64,000 nt of DNA from a virus. The stretch lies in IMG/VR virus record IMGVR_UViG_3300047094_002183, positions 2,286-66,285 of that record. One strand, 5' to 3'. The position numbers and the translations under genes were made by a program. Positions 28,301-38,600 of this stretch are shown piece by piece. Position 1 is the stretch's first letter. Every line of letters starts with the position of its first letter. The notes below the pieces were generated by a model. That model made no database searches and was not told where the DNA came from. It saw nothing but the letters and a program-made list of their open reading frames with translations.

Positions 28301-29861
28301 GGCAAAATTGCCGCGGCAGCGGCAGAACGACCTGCAAATCAACGTCAAAATTACACTGATCTGGATTGTTGCAATCTCCGGGTACGATCGTTGGCGTGAT
28401 GCGAAATTTACTGTGTTTTTCTTCTGCGTCGCGAACTTCGCCAGTACAACTGTTGCCTATCGTTACGAGCGTGCCGTTGTAGGCTGTAATTTCTGGCGAG
28501 ACCGGCATCCACGGAACAACCTCCGCGCCGCTAAAATCACCGTCGGGCACCCACCAACCGCCAACACCCCACGGGTCGGGCGGCGGATAAACGATACCGG
28601 CGCCGATAGTTCCGGTTATTACGCCCGTGCCGGTTATCAAAGCATTCTGCGGGCCGGTATAGAAAGCGTATTGGGTTGTCGCTTGGTCGCAATCTGGCGG
28701 ATATAGCGGCAGACCTTCGTCGTCCAATAGCTCTGCGCACGGACAGCGCAAGCTAGCCGATCCGTTGAACGAGTTTAAAAGCAGATTTCCAGTGCAATAC
28801 CACAGGGTTCTTACGATGTAGCAACCGTCGTCGAACGGCACGCTAATTTTATTTACTGGCCCAACAAAACATTTAATATCTAGCGGGTAATTATTTTCGT
28901 CGTACTCGCGGCCCGTAAAACCGGCGTTGACTTTAAAATTACTGATATTAATGTCGGGGCAGGTTGGCGCTGGAATTGGAATAAGAATTTCCAACTCAAC
29001 ATCAAAACGACACTGGTCAGGCGTACTACAGCCGTCGCCAAAAATATGCACTGGCGTGATGCTGAAATTATTGGCGCCATTTTCAAGGCAGAGATCCTTG
29101 GAGTAGCCGCTTGTAACGTTAAACTTAGTAAGATTAATTGACGTACACAACGGTCGCGGGATCGGCACGACTATGCTTGCGTCGATATCAAAGTTGCATT
29201 TATCGGGTAGGTCGCAGCTGCCCACTTCGATGCGCGGCGTAACGGTAAAAAATGCTTTTTTATCTATGCAGCCCGGGTTGCCGTCGTACGGCGCATAGCC
29301 GGCGAGTACCTCGAACGAATTTACATTGATTCGCGGGCACTCCGGTGTCGGAATTGGGACGTTGATCTCTAGATCTAAACTAAAATCACATTCGTCTAGC
29401 GTAGAGCAGTCGCCAACCGTGACATTTTTTTGAACCAGAAAACGCGATGGCGGCAATGGGCATTTGTCGTACGCTACCGCAAAATTAAATGCGCCGATAG
29501 TTACATTGGGTGCGCACGGCGGTTTTGGAATCGGTATCGTGAGATCAAAGTCGAGGCTGTACGTACACGGGTCTATATCTTTTTTATCAAGTGTGATTAC
29601 CGCCGCAGCGGGGCCGATATTACACGGGTTCCCGTTGCCGCCATCCGCGTACCCAAGGTTTAGCGTCGCGGTGGCGAGAAATACGGGGCAAGTTGGGCCA
29701 ACGTCATCGGGCGGCTCGGGAGCGATGAACGGCGCAGTACAGCCGTAGATCGGTTTTGGCGCCGGCGGAATGTTGCACACGTCAAGCGCGATGAAATTGA
29801 AGTCGGCTTTTGGCACGGCCTCAATTGGACAATTAGAGTCTTTGAACAAGTTTTCTGTCAT
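22302..29861 (-). CDS. giant (2519 aa) Cys/Pro-repeat plus collagen fibre protein
   Basis: About 17-18 repeats with core C-x-F-x-V-x-L-x-(I/L)-x-(I/V)-P-I-P-x-P-x-C-P, followed by two Gly-X-Y blocks separated by a Pro/Asp-rich domain. Confidence 0.85.
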   Translation of the reverse strand: MTENLFKDSNCPIEAVPKADFNFIALDVCNIPPAPKPIYGCTAPFIAPEPPDDVGPTCPVFLATATLNLGYADGGNGNPCNIGPAAAVITLDKKDIDPCTYSLDFDLTIPIPKPPCAPNVTIGAFNFAVAYDKCPLPPSRFLVQKNVTVGDCSTLDECDFSLDLEINVPIPTPECPRINVNSFEVLAGYAPYDGNPGCIDKKAFFTVTPRIEVGSCDLPDKCNFDIDASIVVPIPRPLCTSINLTKFNVTSGYSKDLCLENGANNFSITPVHIFGDGCSTPDQCRFDVELEILIPIPAPTCPDINISNFKVNAGFTGREYDENNYPLDIKCFVGPVNKISVPFDDGCYIVRTLWYCTGNLLLNSFNGSASLRCPCAELLDDEGLPLYPPDCDQATTQYAFYTGPQNALITGTGVITGTIGAGIVYPPPDPWGVGGWWVPDGDFSGAEVVPWMPVSPEITAYNGTLVTIGNSCTGEVRDAEEKHSKFRITPTIVPGDCNNPDQCNFDVDLQVVLPLPRQFCPVINVNSFDVVTAYDDAICFTGVEQKFEITTEHIQGECDQPDQCNFLVDLALAIPIPRPPCPVINTKTFDVSVGFAAADAEIGVDNKCLFGKNTRFAITPTIIPGGCDTPDECQFDVELELAIPIPKQPCPNIFVNNFTVVSGFQPADINDKNSCLYGVTPAFTITPRIVVGNCNTPDQCDFDVDLAIAVPIPRTPCPVISVQNFGLTVGFIGNDSDSKCFTGKNKFSITSEHVPGTDCDDPGECRFNVELDLEVPIPRQPCPNLNVINVDVRSGYIVSGSGGTSGGSTKLSFTAAGGGNSSGGTKLSLTDPNSNSAGVEFCPGGYALRYTVVGDPASITCVSIDQHCATLLANGYFDSIENGVVVPGTMEQCRIHLASSGFSADGVCYADSNCKVSSSESATCSGEYVLIYRPAECEDCGDGTECRQVETYCAGEVAAGRYATMAVCRSAQYNMAMGNVCYSDSNCQIQSGSVTNNGGGGGGGDSGGTPENIFENFTSGLAVTPRVTQGNCDTPDQCDFDIDLKIAVPIPLPPCPIIAVQAVSMTVGFTDGGGVTCADGENVLRITPEHIPSSSHNDPGQCQFNVELELNVPIPRAPCPQLRLTAFDVTTGYETCSSLVGKSNYFAITPNHKLGEGCDDPGKCEFDVELLLAIPIPKPPCPVIRRRTFAQNVFYSTQCTKGLGASKFEIINASTTDECGVDNCEFNVDLELNIPIPPPPCPVINVSRLDVRSGYAGSACVAGKSSSFSVVSRQTPVDCGAPQCEFDLDLAIVIPIPEPPCVEIKSGEVRVTTGFAGAACVSGKQNKLTVTKRTIPSSACTTPDTCAFDLALDLFVPVPPPVCATMSTSGTFFTRYEDVAPLRTGSFLAITPVTSGPSCRDPGQCLYHFDINIDTLLPRPPCPVINVVNQSLRVGYGAASTVLLEILPTHTLNIGVNEPPQCNFDVVLDLDIQIPTPPCTIWTGAVNVTSLPPTADPVGSMSITPAYFPGQSCATDVVINLGIPKPCIPVIIGKTGTLYSGKDLDNTVTLNVAQTDLCRWEITPYVSVKAITACPIFGAGDYKIDPTPVQYAGGGEYTPISGGALSITPRGDKNGDCFYDIKLLTATNTLQGGTVTVTGGSQKIGGGYVDIKNNVVNVTVTLDTTDCPSDGTGGGGSKGDQGERGATGPQGKTGATGPAGPTGPRGLMGMPGAMGMMGPQGLQGETGESGPSGPTGPTGPRGATGPQGPAGPAGPRGATGPTGCIGPTGDMGASGATGLTGATGVTGATGVTGATGPSGVTGATGAIGATGISGATGPSGVVGETGPIGQTGAVGATGAQGATGVTGATGATGISGATGRQGVSGATGPRGQTGATGAVGARGATGATGNQGITGATGARGFTGSTGVTGVPGAAGAAGPRGVTGVTGATGATGVTGLVGPRGLKGDKGNKGDRGLTGSPGATGPRGEKGALGQTGPRGLRGARGTAGATGPIGPTGARGATGAMGNKGDRGIDAGYAAALYTRGTWNDYLVFGNVELLSDLTVGNITRKVPTVENVELTYRYGPFSVGGAVIVVTDEGLGYRSDPLSGRRQLNPVPEPADDDDGVSMEDVILGAQPPAEAGDAFLWFNDTSTIGTMNDGLLPDPPRVGWINIGPIDINLTNTDECLKYVPEDVIRARYEEYYTLRYSVDMARPDVDPDPLAPPPSAEDPPEPPARRYPTTRDWFIGTNRTPPDQLPIFYKGLATDFPLRLYDNPPRDESKPQIRPQRSPTYGDFWIEKPTLFAYVWTPYQKTVIVDGAEEKLDIKGWQKFDTILDGRQIGPTGATGCAGETGPEGERGAPGLPGAAGPAGVQGSRGVTGPTGVAGEIGATGASGVSGATGPCGNDGQIGATGVRGATGPTGNQGVTGATGAQGATGVRGITGPVGARGATGPQGATGPQIALVGNNFISSRPAVLSGNVTIVDNAVIGATIEFNTKNLAADADFTTALITQLGLNTNGQPVNPTLRAKFRALILELLE
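24123..24173. repeat. 51-bp exact direct repeat, copy 2
   Basis: Identical to 21583-21633. Confidence 0.9.
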
Positions 29862-29868
29862 AGTCCGC

Positions 29869-30795
29869 TCACGCTGTGCAATTCGTTTGCGCGTTCAATT
29901 TTTTGGTGACGGTTATTTTATTGTTGTCGCCGTCCGTCGCAATTGTTACCCCGTTACCGCCAATAATATTTATGTTTTTACCGCCGACGCCGTTAATAGT
30001 GCTGATGACCTGTTTGCACGTAGGGCTGTTACTGTAGAGTTGCGTAACCGGATCAAACGGTTCGCCGACGTACAGTGGCACCTCGCTGCCGTGCGCGCAG
30101 AAATCGGCATCGACTGGCGCGCCGGCATTTTTAAGCGCGCTGATTGAAATCTCGTTAGATCTGGTTATCTGCGTAATTTGACAATTATAACCTTCTTTAA
30201 AAACGAGCGGCCCCTTTAAATTGCTGCTGGCCACTACGAGTGTTCGTTCGCCCGGGGCAATAGCTTCTGCGCCGCAATCCGGTACGCGCGGGCGGTCATA
30301 ATTAGCAAGTGTTACGGACCGCAAGTAAGCTTTGTGCAGATTTTGAATCCGTCCCGGCTCGATCTGATAGTTATTCTGCGCAAAAACAAGCGTCTGCCCG
30401 ACCGTCATTGTGGCGACAAGCGTTTCGATTTTTCCAATAACGATAAAACCCTCCCAGATTGGGTCTGCTGTTTCGGTCGACACGGGTACGGACTCGGCAA
30501 AAACGGTCACCCAGTCTGGTGCGTCGGCGGGGCACACAAATACAAGCGGCGCGGGTGACGCTGTGTAGTTTTTTTCTGCGTACCTGAGCGTGAAAACAAA
30601 TGTGGTCGCTTGCCGTTCGACAGCCGCGAGCCACACGGTGTAGTCCCCGACATTGGCGCTAAACGCGTCCAGCCCCAAAATAATTCCAGCGTCTACGATC
30701 ACATTTGTGGGTAGAAGCGGATCCGGCAAATTTGGTTTGAATACAAACGGGTATGCGCGGTATTCGTTGTCGTTATAAAATCCGGGACGCGGCAT
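29869..30795 (-). CDS. baseplate/fibre-associated paralog 5
   Basis: Start re-called at ATG 30795 ([17 protein letters not shown]); ISTINGV motif. Confidence 0.75.
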   Translation of the reverse strand: MPRPGFYNDNEYRAYPFVFKPNLPDPLLPTNVIVDAGIILGLDAFSANVGDYTVWLAAVERQATTFVFTLRYAEKNYTASPAPLVFVCPADAPDWVTVFAESVPVSTETADPIWEGFIVIGKIETLVATMTVGQTLVFAQNNYQIEPGRIQNLHKAYLRSVTLANYDRPRVPDCGAEAIAPGERTLVVASSNLKGPLVFKEGYNCQITQITRSNEISISALKNAGAPVDADFCAHGSEVPLYVGEPFDPVTQLYSNSPTCKQVISTINGVGGKNINIIGGNGVTIATDGDNNKITVTKKLNAQTNCTA

Positions 30796-31565
30796 TAGAT
30801 TAAACTCCGTCCAGCGGTATCGATAACAAGCGTGCCGTTTTGCGGGTACACACGCAGCGCCGTGTCGGCGGCCAGTTCTCCTGTGGCCGTGATTGTGAAA
30901 TTGCCGAACGCATCTGGCGGGCAACCGTTGATCGTTTTTAAAAACCGTTTGCTCTGAAAACTACCGTACGGTTCGCACAAAAGGCGCTGATACAGCGGCA
31001 CGCCAATGACATCTACACGAATAATATTCGGCGGCTCGTGGCGTAAAACAACGCCGCGGTCGCCAATCAGCCATATGTCGCCGGTCAGTAACGGGCTGTT
31101 ATCCGCCAGTATTCCGCGTACGCCGGGCTCGTTAGCCGGTATAACAACGCTCGACACGAATTCGGTGGCTGTGACAGCAAACGCGTACGTCCCGATGTCG
31201 TTATCGGCTAGGTTCGCTAATTCAGTCGGACTCGACAGCAAAGAACCGACAGGTCGGCCATAAATATCAAAAAACGAAATTAGCCCGTTGCTCGGAATAG
31301 CGGATATCGCGTATTCGCCGATTGCTCGCGCAGGCGTGTCAGGGTCGCCAACAGTTATTGAAACTGTTTCCGCCCCGACTGCAACGCTAGAGATATACAG
31401 CCGCGAGCCACCGCCAATGATAAAAAATACGGCATCAATGAACGCCGTCGGGCGAATTACGAATTTCGCGTCTGTCGATTTAAGCGTAGCGGCGTCAGCA
31501 AACGGGTAGCGTGAATCTGACTGTTCGTCGCGAAACTGCGGGTATAGGATACGTGCGTCGGTCAT
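30795..31565 (-). CDS. baseplate/fibre-associated paralog 4
   Basis: QFRDEQSDSRYPF N-terminal motif; LKTINGCPPDAFGNF. Confidence 0.75.
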   Translation of the reverse strand: MTDARILYPQFRDEQSDSRYPFADAATLKSTDAKFVIRPTAFIDAVFFIIGGGSRLYISSVAVGAETVSITVGDPDTPARAIGEYAISAIPSNGLISFFDIYGRPVGSLLSSPTELANLADNDIGTYAFAVTATEFVSSVVIPANEPGVRGILADNSPLLTGDIWLIGDRGVVLRHEPPNIIRVDVIGVPLYQRLLCEPYGSFQSKRFLKTINGCPPDAFGNFTITATGELAADTALRVYPQNGTLVIDTAGRSLI

Positions 31566-31575
31566 GTATCACCCG

Positions 31576-33255
31576 CTATGTCACAGTGAAACGATTAAAT
31601 ACGGCGTACGAGCGATTTGCGAATATGCCGGCAAGACCTTGTCCAAATGTTGAAATGCTCATTGGCACCGTTCCGCTAATCCCAGCAGTGTTTTCGTCAA
31701 GTACTGTGACCGCGAAATTAAGATTGACTGTGGTAAATACATCATTTACCGGCGCGGCAAGTACCGGGTTTAGGCTGATGCGATACCACTTGGTAAGTTT
31801 TATGTCGAAATTGACGCGCGCTTCCTCTATAAATTGGCTGTTATTATACCGCAAAATACGAAATTGCGCCTGTGCCGCATCGAGCAGCGCGACAATATAG
31901 GTTGTCGTAACGACGCCCAGTACCAATTCTTGTTTGTAGTTCAAAATGAGGCCGGCGTTACGCGTTAAACCCGAGGCGCCAATTCGCGTCTCCACTGCGA
32001 TCGTGCGCTCGTATACCCAATCGGTCGGGCAATTTCTTAACACTGAGATGTTTAAATTTGCAACGCGGCCCGCTGCATAAACATTGTGATCCGTAAGGCT
32101 GTTTGTTGGCAGTTCCGGTGGTACGATAGGGTCGGGATTTGTATTCGGGTCGGCATCGGGATCTGGCGCAGGAATGCTGCACGGGCATATCTCTGGTGCG
32201 CGTGTTTGTGTGATAAAAAATCGACCGTCACGTGTTTCAAAGTACGGCGATATTGTGCACGCGCTAAAATCAATACACAGCGGCAAGTTTAAGCACGGGT
32301 AATCTGGCGCGACAATTGTTTCGTCTACGACGGTGTCAATTTGCGTGGTTGGATCTGGCCAACAGTATTCATTTTCGCCGTCAAACACGGGGCTGTCTGG
32401 ATTACAACAGTCATCGCTAAATTCCTGCGGTTTTGGCGGTTTATTGGCCGCGCAAATTTCTGCCAAACCCGTATCCGCAAGTACGTCTAATCCCCCGCAG
32501 GCCGTAAAATTGCGCGGCGTAAAACCAACAAAATCGAGGGCAATATTGCCGGCGCAATCTGGCTGTATGCCGTTGATCGACTCAATTGCCGGTTTTGGAC
32601 ATGTGCCGCTTTCAGGCCGCTGACCACACGGCCCGAGAAACTCTATGAGCGGATTGTAATTTGTAGTTATCTGTGTTGTATCTATCGCAAAGATTACGGC
32701 CGTTCGCGGTGTGCCGGCCGTGACCAGTCGCGTGTACTTAGCTGTAACAGGTGTCGTCGCCGCCAGCGTTATGACACCGCTAAGCTGATCTTCTAAATTG
32801 ATTTTGCCGAGTGTTGGGATTGGTAACGCGCGGTACGGCCGCGCGCAGCGTGGCTGTAAAAGCGTTTGAATTGGTTTAGAGTAACGGCCCACAAAGCTAG
32901 TATCAACGCCGGGACCAAACACAACCCAGCCAGAAATGCCGGGTATCAGTCCAGTAATCGGATAATTGACATACGGCGCGACGGGCTGCGGCACAGACAC
33001 CGTAGCGATAGTGTAGCCGACGTCCTGCGGGCTACCGTCGCTTGCGCCGAAAACGACCGTTACAAGACCGGCTGAAACCGTGATCGCCTGCACATATAAA
33101 CAACCACCAGCTGTCGACGGAAATTTGATATGGCAATCAACTAAAATATCATTACGGATAAACACGTTCGCGTCATCCTCGCCCGTACTCTTTTCGTCGA
33201 GCGGGTAGCTGCGCGTAGATTGTAGGTTGTACCAGTTTTGGTTTCTGATTGACAT
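31576..33255 (-). CDS. baseplate/fibre-associated paralog 3, with a C-terminal beta-sandwich
   Basis: NWYNLQSTRSYPL; IESINGIQPDCAGNI; Cys-rich linker. Confidence 0.75.
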   Translation of the reverse strand: MSIRNQNWYNLQSTRSYPLDEKSTGEDDANVFIRNDILVDCHIKFPSTAGGCLYVQAITVSAGLVTVVFGASDGSPQDVGYTIATVSVPQPVAPYVNYPITGLIPGISGWVVFGPGVDTSFVGRYSKPIQTLLQPRCARPYRALPIPTLGKINLEDQLSGVITLAATTPVTAKYTRLVTAGTPRTAVIFAIDTTQITTNYNPLIEFLGPCGQRPESGTCPKPAIESINGIQPDCAGNIALDFVGFTPRNFTACGGLDVLADTGLAEICAANKPPKPQEFSDDCCNPDSPVFDGENEYCWPDPTTQIDTVVDETIVAPDYPCLNLPLCIDFSACTISPYFETRDGRFFITQTRAPEICPCSIPAPDPDADPNTNPDPIVPPELPTNSLTDHNVYAAGRVANLNISVLRNCPTDWVYERTIAVETRIGASGLTRNAGLILNYKQELVLGVVTTTYIVALLDAAQAQFRILRYNNSQFIEEARVNFDIKLTKWYRISLNPVLAAPVNDVFTTVNLNFAVTVLDENTAGISGTVPMSISTFGQGLAGIFANRSYAVFNRFTVT

Positions 33256-33258
33256 AAA

Positions 33259-34821
33259 TTAGCACGCAACTGGTGTGTGACCGTTCTCATCGCAATTCAA
33301 CAGTTGCGACGTTTGCGACTCTGCGGCCAACTCGCTGTCCGCGGTAGAACAGTTGATTTTTAATGGTTTATTTGTGCTGTTAATAGTTGCGGTCAGTATG
33401 CCAGCTATTTCGTACGGGCTGCGGGCGCGCCTAAAGGGCGGCGTCTGTGTTACATCTGGCTCCAAAAATTTAAGTCTGAATTGCGCGTAAGCGGAGTCAC
33501 CGCCGCGAATTTCTGGAAACGGTATTGTGTAACCTATTTCGTCTACGAGCGGTATTAACGCTGGCGTGCTTACCGGCGCGCCAGTCGCGTAAAACGCGGA
33601 GTGGCCGCATTCTAACGCCATAGTAACGTCGGTGTCGATAGTTAACTTTAGTTTTAATGTGCTCGCTGGAATGCACGTATCGCACGGGTTGCATAACATC
33701 ACAACAACGTCTAAGTACGGACAACGTTGCGGTAAAAACAACAACTTTAACGGGCGCGCCAAACTGCATGCGCGCTGATCGTTCCAACGGCTGATGTTGT
33801 TTTCGTGGTACGCGCGAATGTTTTCGCTTCGCGCGCCAATAAGTTTGTAGCGCAGACTGGTATCGTTCATGTACTTTGCGGTGGCGGCGTAATCCGCACA
33901 ACTGCAGCACGGTAAACAATCGGCGCCAATTTGCTGCTGCGCGGTTGTGGCGGGCGCTACAATCAACGCGTTATTACTGTTTTGCTCGTGTGCAGTTGGT
34001 CGGCGAACCCACAAACAATCTTTACCCGACAACAAGAAGTCGCCGACATTGTCTGGGCCAATGCCGTTTATGCTCGTAATTGCCGCCGGGGCCGTAATTT
34101 CGCTGCAGTCTGTATACTTACCGCGGCCGGTGCCCGCTTCGGCGGTGAAGGTAACGGGCGTTTCATTTCTAAAATTACGCACTGCGGGCGCGGCGGGCGC
34201 AATCTCTACGTTATAACCGTTTACAAACAAAAACCGGCCGGTGTATTTTTGGCTTGTCGTCGCGCCGTTTTTAACCGCAACTGACAACACGCGTTTGGGC
34301 ATTTTATACACAGCGCGCTCGTCAATTATCGCGTTGGCCGGTTTGATGTACTTGTCATAATTTTTGGCAGCCGTATCGCCGCTGGGCCACGTGACATAAG
34401 CGACAAGCCGGCAAACCGCGTATGATTTTTTCCACTCATAAATAATGTAGTCATTTCCCCACGGCGCGCTGTTAAAAACAATGTCGCCAACTGTGGTGTC
34501 AAAAATCACGTTATTTGCAGCGTCGACAATTACGATGTCTGCATCATGCGCCGGCGCAGGAAAATCTGGATAAGCGCCAACGTTATCGTTGCAGCCAACG
34601 CCGTACAGGTACGCAATACGTAACGGATGCGCAGTTGGCGTCGTATTGTCGTAGACGTGCGGATCGTCGTACTCAAAGTACAGATCTGCCAATAAATAGC
34701 GGATATCGTCTTGCGCCTCGGTCGTCGGCGAGACTAGCGGATAATCCAAACCGCTTTGCGGCTGCACAACGCCAATGCCGCGGCGACCGTACGAAGATGT
34801 AACAAAATCGGGGCACGGCAT
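33259..34821 (-). CDS. baseplate/fibre-associated paralog 2
   Basis: QSGLDYPL; ITSINGIGPDNVGDF; CLPCCSC followed by a helical segment. Confidence 0.75.
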   Translation of the reverse strand: MPCPDFVTSSYGRRGIGVVQPQSGLDYPLVSPTTEAQDDIRYLLADLYFEYDDPHVYDNTTPTAHPLRIAYLYGVGCNDNVGAYPDFPAPAHDADIVIVDAANNVIFDTTVGDIVFNSAPWGNDYIIYEWKKSYAVCRLVAYVTWPSGDTAAKNYDKYIKPANAIIDERAVYKMPKRVLSVAVKNGATTSQKYTGRFLFVNGYNVEIAPAAPAVRNFRNETPVTFTAEAGTGRGKYTDCSEITAPAAITSINGIGPDNVGDFLLSGKDCLWVRRPTAHEQNSNNALIVAPATTAQQQIGADCLPCCSCADYAATAKYMNDTSLRYKLIGARSENIRAYHENNISRWNDQRACSLARPLKLLFLPQRCPYLDVVVMLCNPCDTCIPASTLKLKLTIDTDVTMALECGHSAFYATGAPVSTPALIPLVDEIGYTIPFPEIRGGDSAYAQFRLKFLEPDVTQTPPFRRARSPYEIAGILTATINSTNKPLKINCSTADSELAAESQTSQLLNCDENGHTPVAC

Positions 34822-34824
34822 ATG

Positions 34825-35766
34825 TCACCCCGTCTGGCAGCCTGAGTCGCCAAGCTTGCTGCTGAGCACAACCAAGCTCATTTGCGTGACCTCAGAACCG
34901 AGTCGCGTAACGAAATTTTGTAACGTTGTAACGCCGTCGCCGAAACGGTTAATTTGCTGTGTAATCGCGTCCAGTTCTGTACAGCCGCAGCACGGAGACG
35001 CGCATGTGTCAGCAAACGACAAGCCGTTGGTGATCGGTTGAATACTGATGCATTCGTCTTGCGCAAATGTAAACGTGCCGTCTGTGCTGCACACACCGTT
35101 GATGCACGTAATGCAGGCGCCCGTTTGCGGTACAGCGCACTGACAGCTTTGATTGAGATTCACGCCGGAAATAGCGTCAAATGTGATTTCGGTTGTGTTT
35201 GCCGACTGCGCAACGCTAAGCCGGACATTTGTGCCAGCAACAAGCACGACGTCGCCGTAAATTGGGGCACTAAGTTCATTATTGTTAAGCACACGCAGCC
35301 GAGACACGGCGCGAATCATTGGGCGTATGACGTCTGTTTCGAGCCCGCCGCCAGCCAAATTAAATGTGTATGCGCCGGCGGGCAGTTTATCAATTTCATC
35401 AAGTGCGCCGAGTACAATGCGCCCGACACAGTCGTCAAAGTTATTTATACCGCCCAGCGCATACGACTGATTAGCAACATAATTATTTCGTGCAATTACG
35501 GCAGTTGCTACATCTATCGTTACGTCGTCGGCGATGTAGGCGACCGTGATTGTGAAACCGGTCGGGGCGATAACAACCGTTCTGATAAAAAAATTGTTGG
35601 GCGTGAAGGCGATGCCGGAATGCACCGGTAAATACAGCCCGACAATAAAACTGTCCGGCAGCGTTATCGTTCCGGTGATATCTGTTTTTGTGGCTTGCTC
35701 TGTCAGCGGATAAGACCGCTGCGAATTGTGGTTAAGCCACTGTAGATTCCAATTTCCAATAGGCAT
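34825..35766 (-). CDS. baseplate/fibre-associated paralog 1
   Basis: QWLNHNSQRSYPL; ITCINGV; CASPCCGC followed by a coiled-coil-like end. Confidence 0.75.
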   Translation of the reverse strand: MPIGNWNLQWLNHNSQRSYPLTEQATKTDITGTITLPDSFIVGLYLPVHSGIAFTPNNFFIRTVVIAPTGFTITVAYIADDVTIDVATAVIARNNYVANQSYALGGINNFDDCVGRIVLGALDEIDKLPAGAYTFNLAGGGLETDVIRPMIRAVSRLRVLNNNELSAPIYGDVVLVAGTNVRLSVAQSANTTEITFDAISGVNLNQSCQCAVPQTGACITCINGVCSTDGTFTFAQDECISIQPITNGLSFADTCASPCCGCTELDAITQQINRFGDGVTTLQNFVTRLGSEVTQMSLVVLSSKLGDSGCQTG

Positions 35767-35781
35767 AGCAGCAACCCGGTA

Positions 35782-37938
35782 TCATGTTACGTTGTAAACA
35801 ATACCGTCAATGCGCAGCAGTCCAACTTCAGCGTACACGTCTGCGGGGTTGTTTGCTCGGAGCAGCGTGACCAGCACGGTATCGCCCGCTGCGACGTCAA
35901 ACGCCTCGCTGTCGCGCACGACCGCCGTGTCAGAAGGCAGCGTGACATTCGACGTAAAGCCAATCGCCGTGTCCGACACTGGTAGCGCGGTACCATTTGT
36001 GGCGGGGGCTTGGATTCTGCGATACGTCATAAGCAAGGAAGGCAATGTTGCCGCCTGTGTCGGCGTGCCGCCGCGGCCAAAAAAGTGCACGCGCACTTTC
36101 ATATTTAAGTTCGACCCCAAATTCGCGTGCGCTACATTGAATCGAACCCGAATCGCAGACGCCTGCCCGGACGGAAAACCAATGTACGGGATATCTAAAT
36201 ACAGGCGTTCGACCGTATCATCAAGCCGAATGATCTGTGGCGCGATTTCCCGCTCCACCAGATTATCGGTGTAGTCGATCTTGATTACGCCCTGCTGCAC
36301 GAGCACTTCTTGCGACAACGGAATGTTGAAGCCCGTTTTTTCGGCATTCGTTAACAGCCGAATTGTTTCTACAGTGTGCGGGCCGGCTTGCGGGCCAGTC
36401 GTAATTACAGCTGTTCCAGCCGGCGCGTCTGCCACGCAAAATGTGTTCGTCGTCAAACCTGCGCTTAACACGTAGTACGTTTTATTCGCGAGCACGCCGC
36501 CGGGCAGAATGCCTGCTGTTTTAAAACGCACTGGAGCGTTTGCGGTGAGCCCGTGATTAGCGGCAGTAAATACGCCGGGGTTTGCCAGCGTGATCGTTAC
36601 TGTGCGCGCGGATAAATTTCGCGAACCGGCGATCGACAGCTGATTTGACAGCGTAAATACGCCATCGGAAACCCAGCCACGCTTGAGCTTGCGGCCGGAA
36701 ACCAGCTCTTTAAATACCTGCCCGCCGATTGCTTCTTCCGGTACAACGGGCAGATTCAGGTTAAGCGCCAAATCGCCAGTCATAGCCGGCGCGCCCGCGC
36801 AATTAGTGACGGTGATCGGGCTGTCGGTATCCGGCTGCAGGCTTGTAACCACGCTGCGATCGTTGCCGACGAGCATGCGCAAAAACACTACCACGACGCG
36901 CATAGCTTCTACGCGGGGGCACTCGCCCGTCGTCGCGTCTGGCGGCGTTTGCGGGTTTGCTGTGTCGATCGTAGCCGGCCACGGCACATCGCCGTAGCAG
37001 TTGCTCATCCACCAGATGCCGTTGAGATCACATACGACAAGCCCCTCAACACCCTGCGGCACTTCTGTAGCGCCGACGCGGTTGACGCCTTTGTCCCACA
37101 GCAGCGCGACGGACTGGATTGGCACAGGCGGCCAAACATTAGCCAGAGCTGGATGCTGCGCGAGGTTGTAACCGAACCATGCGCCTACAGGCGCTTTGCC
37201 GTTAAAGCTTGCGTGGTTCGCGGGCAACCAGCCCGGGAGAGCCGGGTTAGGGCTCGTGATCTGATGGCGGTTGGTGTTTACGGCAGCGTCAGGGTCGTGC
37301 TGGCCGGCGGGAGCTGGAACCAGATCAAATCGGTAATGCGTGTGCTCGCTGATAAAGTCGCCTGTATGCGGCATTACGACAACGCGCGGTACGTCGCTGC
37401 AGTTGTCTTTCGGGCCCTGTACGTAGCACACGCTAACGGTTACGCCCGGCTTCTGCTGCACCAGCTTGCCCGGCTCAGCGGCGGATAAGTAGTAGCGGCC
37501 GGCGGGAATAGGGGCGTGAGTCACATTATCTTCGAGCAGCGGAGTTGTAACGGCATTTCCCAGCTCGGCGATCTCGACAACGCCGCGTAGCACAATATCG
37601 CCAAGCGTTTCAGATCGTTTACGCAAGCATAAACCAACGCAATCAGACGACGGCTGAATAGTCAGCAGCTGTGTGGTTGCGTCGATGGCTGCAGCGGCAA
37701 GCGCTTTTTCATATCTGTGCGATGTGTAGTTCCAGTACACAGGATGTCCGGGAAGCACATCGGGTGCAATTGTGGCGCCCGAGTCGAACAATGCCTGCCC
37801 GACGGAAGATGCGTCAAGGCGGTCTTTGAGATAATCCGTGCGATCCGCCAGTGCGCGATCGGGCCGGCCCACAATGCCAGCCTGTACAGGCTCGCCGGGG
37901 TTGACGTGTTTAATGTTGTGCAGCCAGTTCCCGGACAT
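35782..37938 (-). CDS. tail fibre / baseplate-attached protein
   Basis: N-terminal RPDRALADRTDYLK motif typical of fibre attachment regions; internal ITLANPGVFTAANHGL (FCCH-like beta module). Confidence 0.7.
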   Translation of the reverse strand: MSGNWLHNIKHVNPGEPVQAGIVGRPDRALADRTDYLKDRLDASSVGQALFDSGATIAPDVLPGHPVYWNYTSHRYEKALAAAAIDATTQLLTIQPSSDCVGLCLRKRSETLGDIVLRGVVEIAELGNAVTTPLLEDNVTHAPIPAGRYYLSAAEPGKLVQQKPGVTVSVCYVQGPKDNCSDVPRVVVMPHTGDFISEHTHYRFDLVPAPAGQHDPDAAVNTNRHQITSPNPALPGWLPANHASFNGKAPVGAWFGYNLAQHPALANVWPPVPIQSVALLWDKGVNRVGATEVPQGVEGLVVCDLNGIWWMSNCYGDVPWPATIDTANPQTPPDATTGECPRVEAMRVVVVFLRMLVGNDRSVVTSLQPDTDSPITVTNCAGAPAMTGDLALNLNLPVVPEEAIGGQVFKELVSGRKLKRGWVSDGVFTLSNQLSIAGSRNLSARTVTITLANPGVFTAANHGLTANAPVRFKTAGILPGGVLANKTYYVLSAGLTTNTFCVADAPAGTAVITTGPQAGPHTVETIRLLTNAEKTGFNIPLSQEVLVQQGVIKIDYTDNLVEREIAPQIIRLDDTVERLYLDIPYIGFPSGQASAIRVRFNVAHANLGSNLNMKVRVHFFGRGGTPTQAATLPSLLMTYRRIQAPATNGTALPVSDTAIGFTSNVTLPSDTAVVRDSEAFDVAAGDTVLVTLLRANNPADVYAEVGLLRIDGIVYNVT

Positions 37939-37964
37939 CCTTGTCCTCCGGCGGTTATAGACAA

Positions 37965-38591
37965 TTACTCAAACGCCACATCCCATGTAATACCGATCTG
38001 GGAGGACGGTTCTTTTGTGACTTGGTTTTCGGCCGTAAAGATCGTGCGCGCAAACACGACGTCTTTTGTCCTGTCGCTAAACACTGGGGCGGCAACCAGC
38101 GCGGCCGAGAACACTTTGCTGTTTACAAGGTGGCTGAATGTCTTGCCGTACACGCCAGCTGTGCCCGCAGTCTGCACGAAAAACGTTAGCTGATTGCCCT
38201 GCTGGGTGCTCGGCAGCTTTTCTACATAGCCAGCCGATACGGACAGCGCCGGCTCAATTGATAGCGGGATTCGCAAAAAGTCGCGCGAACTAGAGTCGAC
38301 CAGCGAGTTGTAGTAATTGATATCAATATCGCGGGCAAACGGAGCGGCGGAAATCGGCGTAGCCGGGTCGGCTTGGTTTTCAAACTCGATATACAGCGCA
38401 GAAATGCTGTAATCGAGCCTGTCTGCCTGCCGCTTATAGCCGAGCTGTTTGGCAGCGATATAGCCCCACGCATACTGAATTTGATTAGGCTGCGCCACAA
38501 CAGGCGTTTTTAAGCCTGTTTTATCGTCGACGCGCCAGAGCGTTACGTGGCCGCGCACGCCAGTATTCGGGCTAATTTTGTCGGTAGCCAT
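37965..38591 (-). CDS. baseplate-associated structural protein
   Basis: 208-aa beta-rich ORF ending FART.F....TK.....GITW.V.F, like fibre-attachment domains; synteny. Confidence 0.65.
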   Translation of the reverse strand: MATDKISPNTGVRGHVTLWRVDDKTGLKTPVVAQPNQIQYAWGYIAAKQLGYKRQADRLDYSISALYIEFENQADPATPISAAPFARDIDINYYNSLVDSSSRDFLRIPLSIEPALSVSAGYVEKLPSTQQGNQLTFFVQTAGTAGVYGKTFSHLVNSKVFSAALVAAPVFSDRTKDVVFARTIFTAENQVTKEPSSQIGITWDVAFE

Positions 38592-38600
38592 AGTGTTTCC

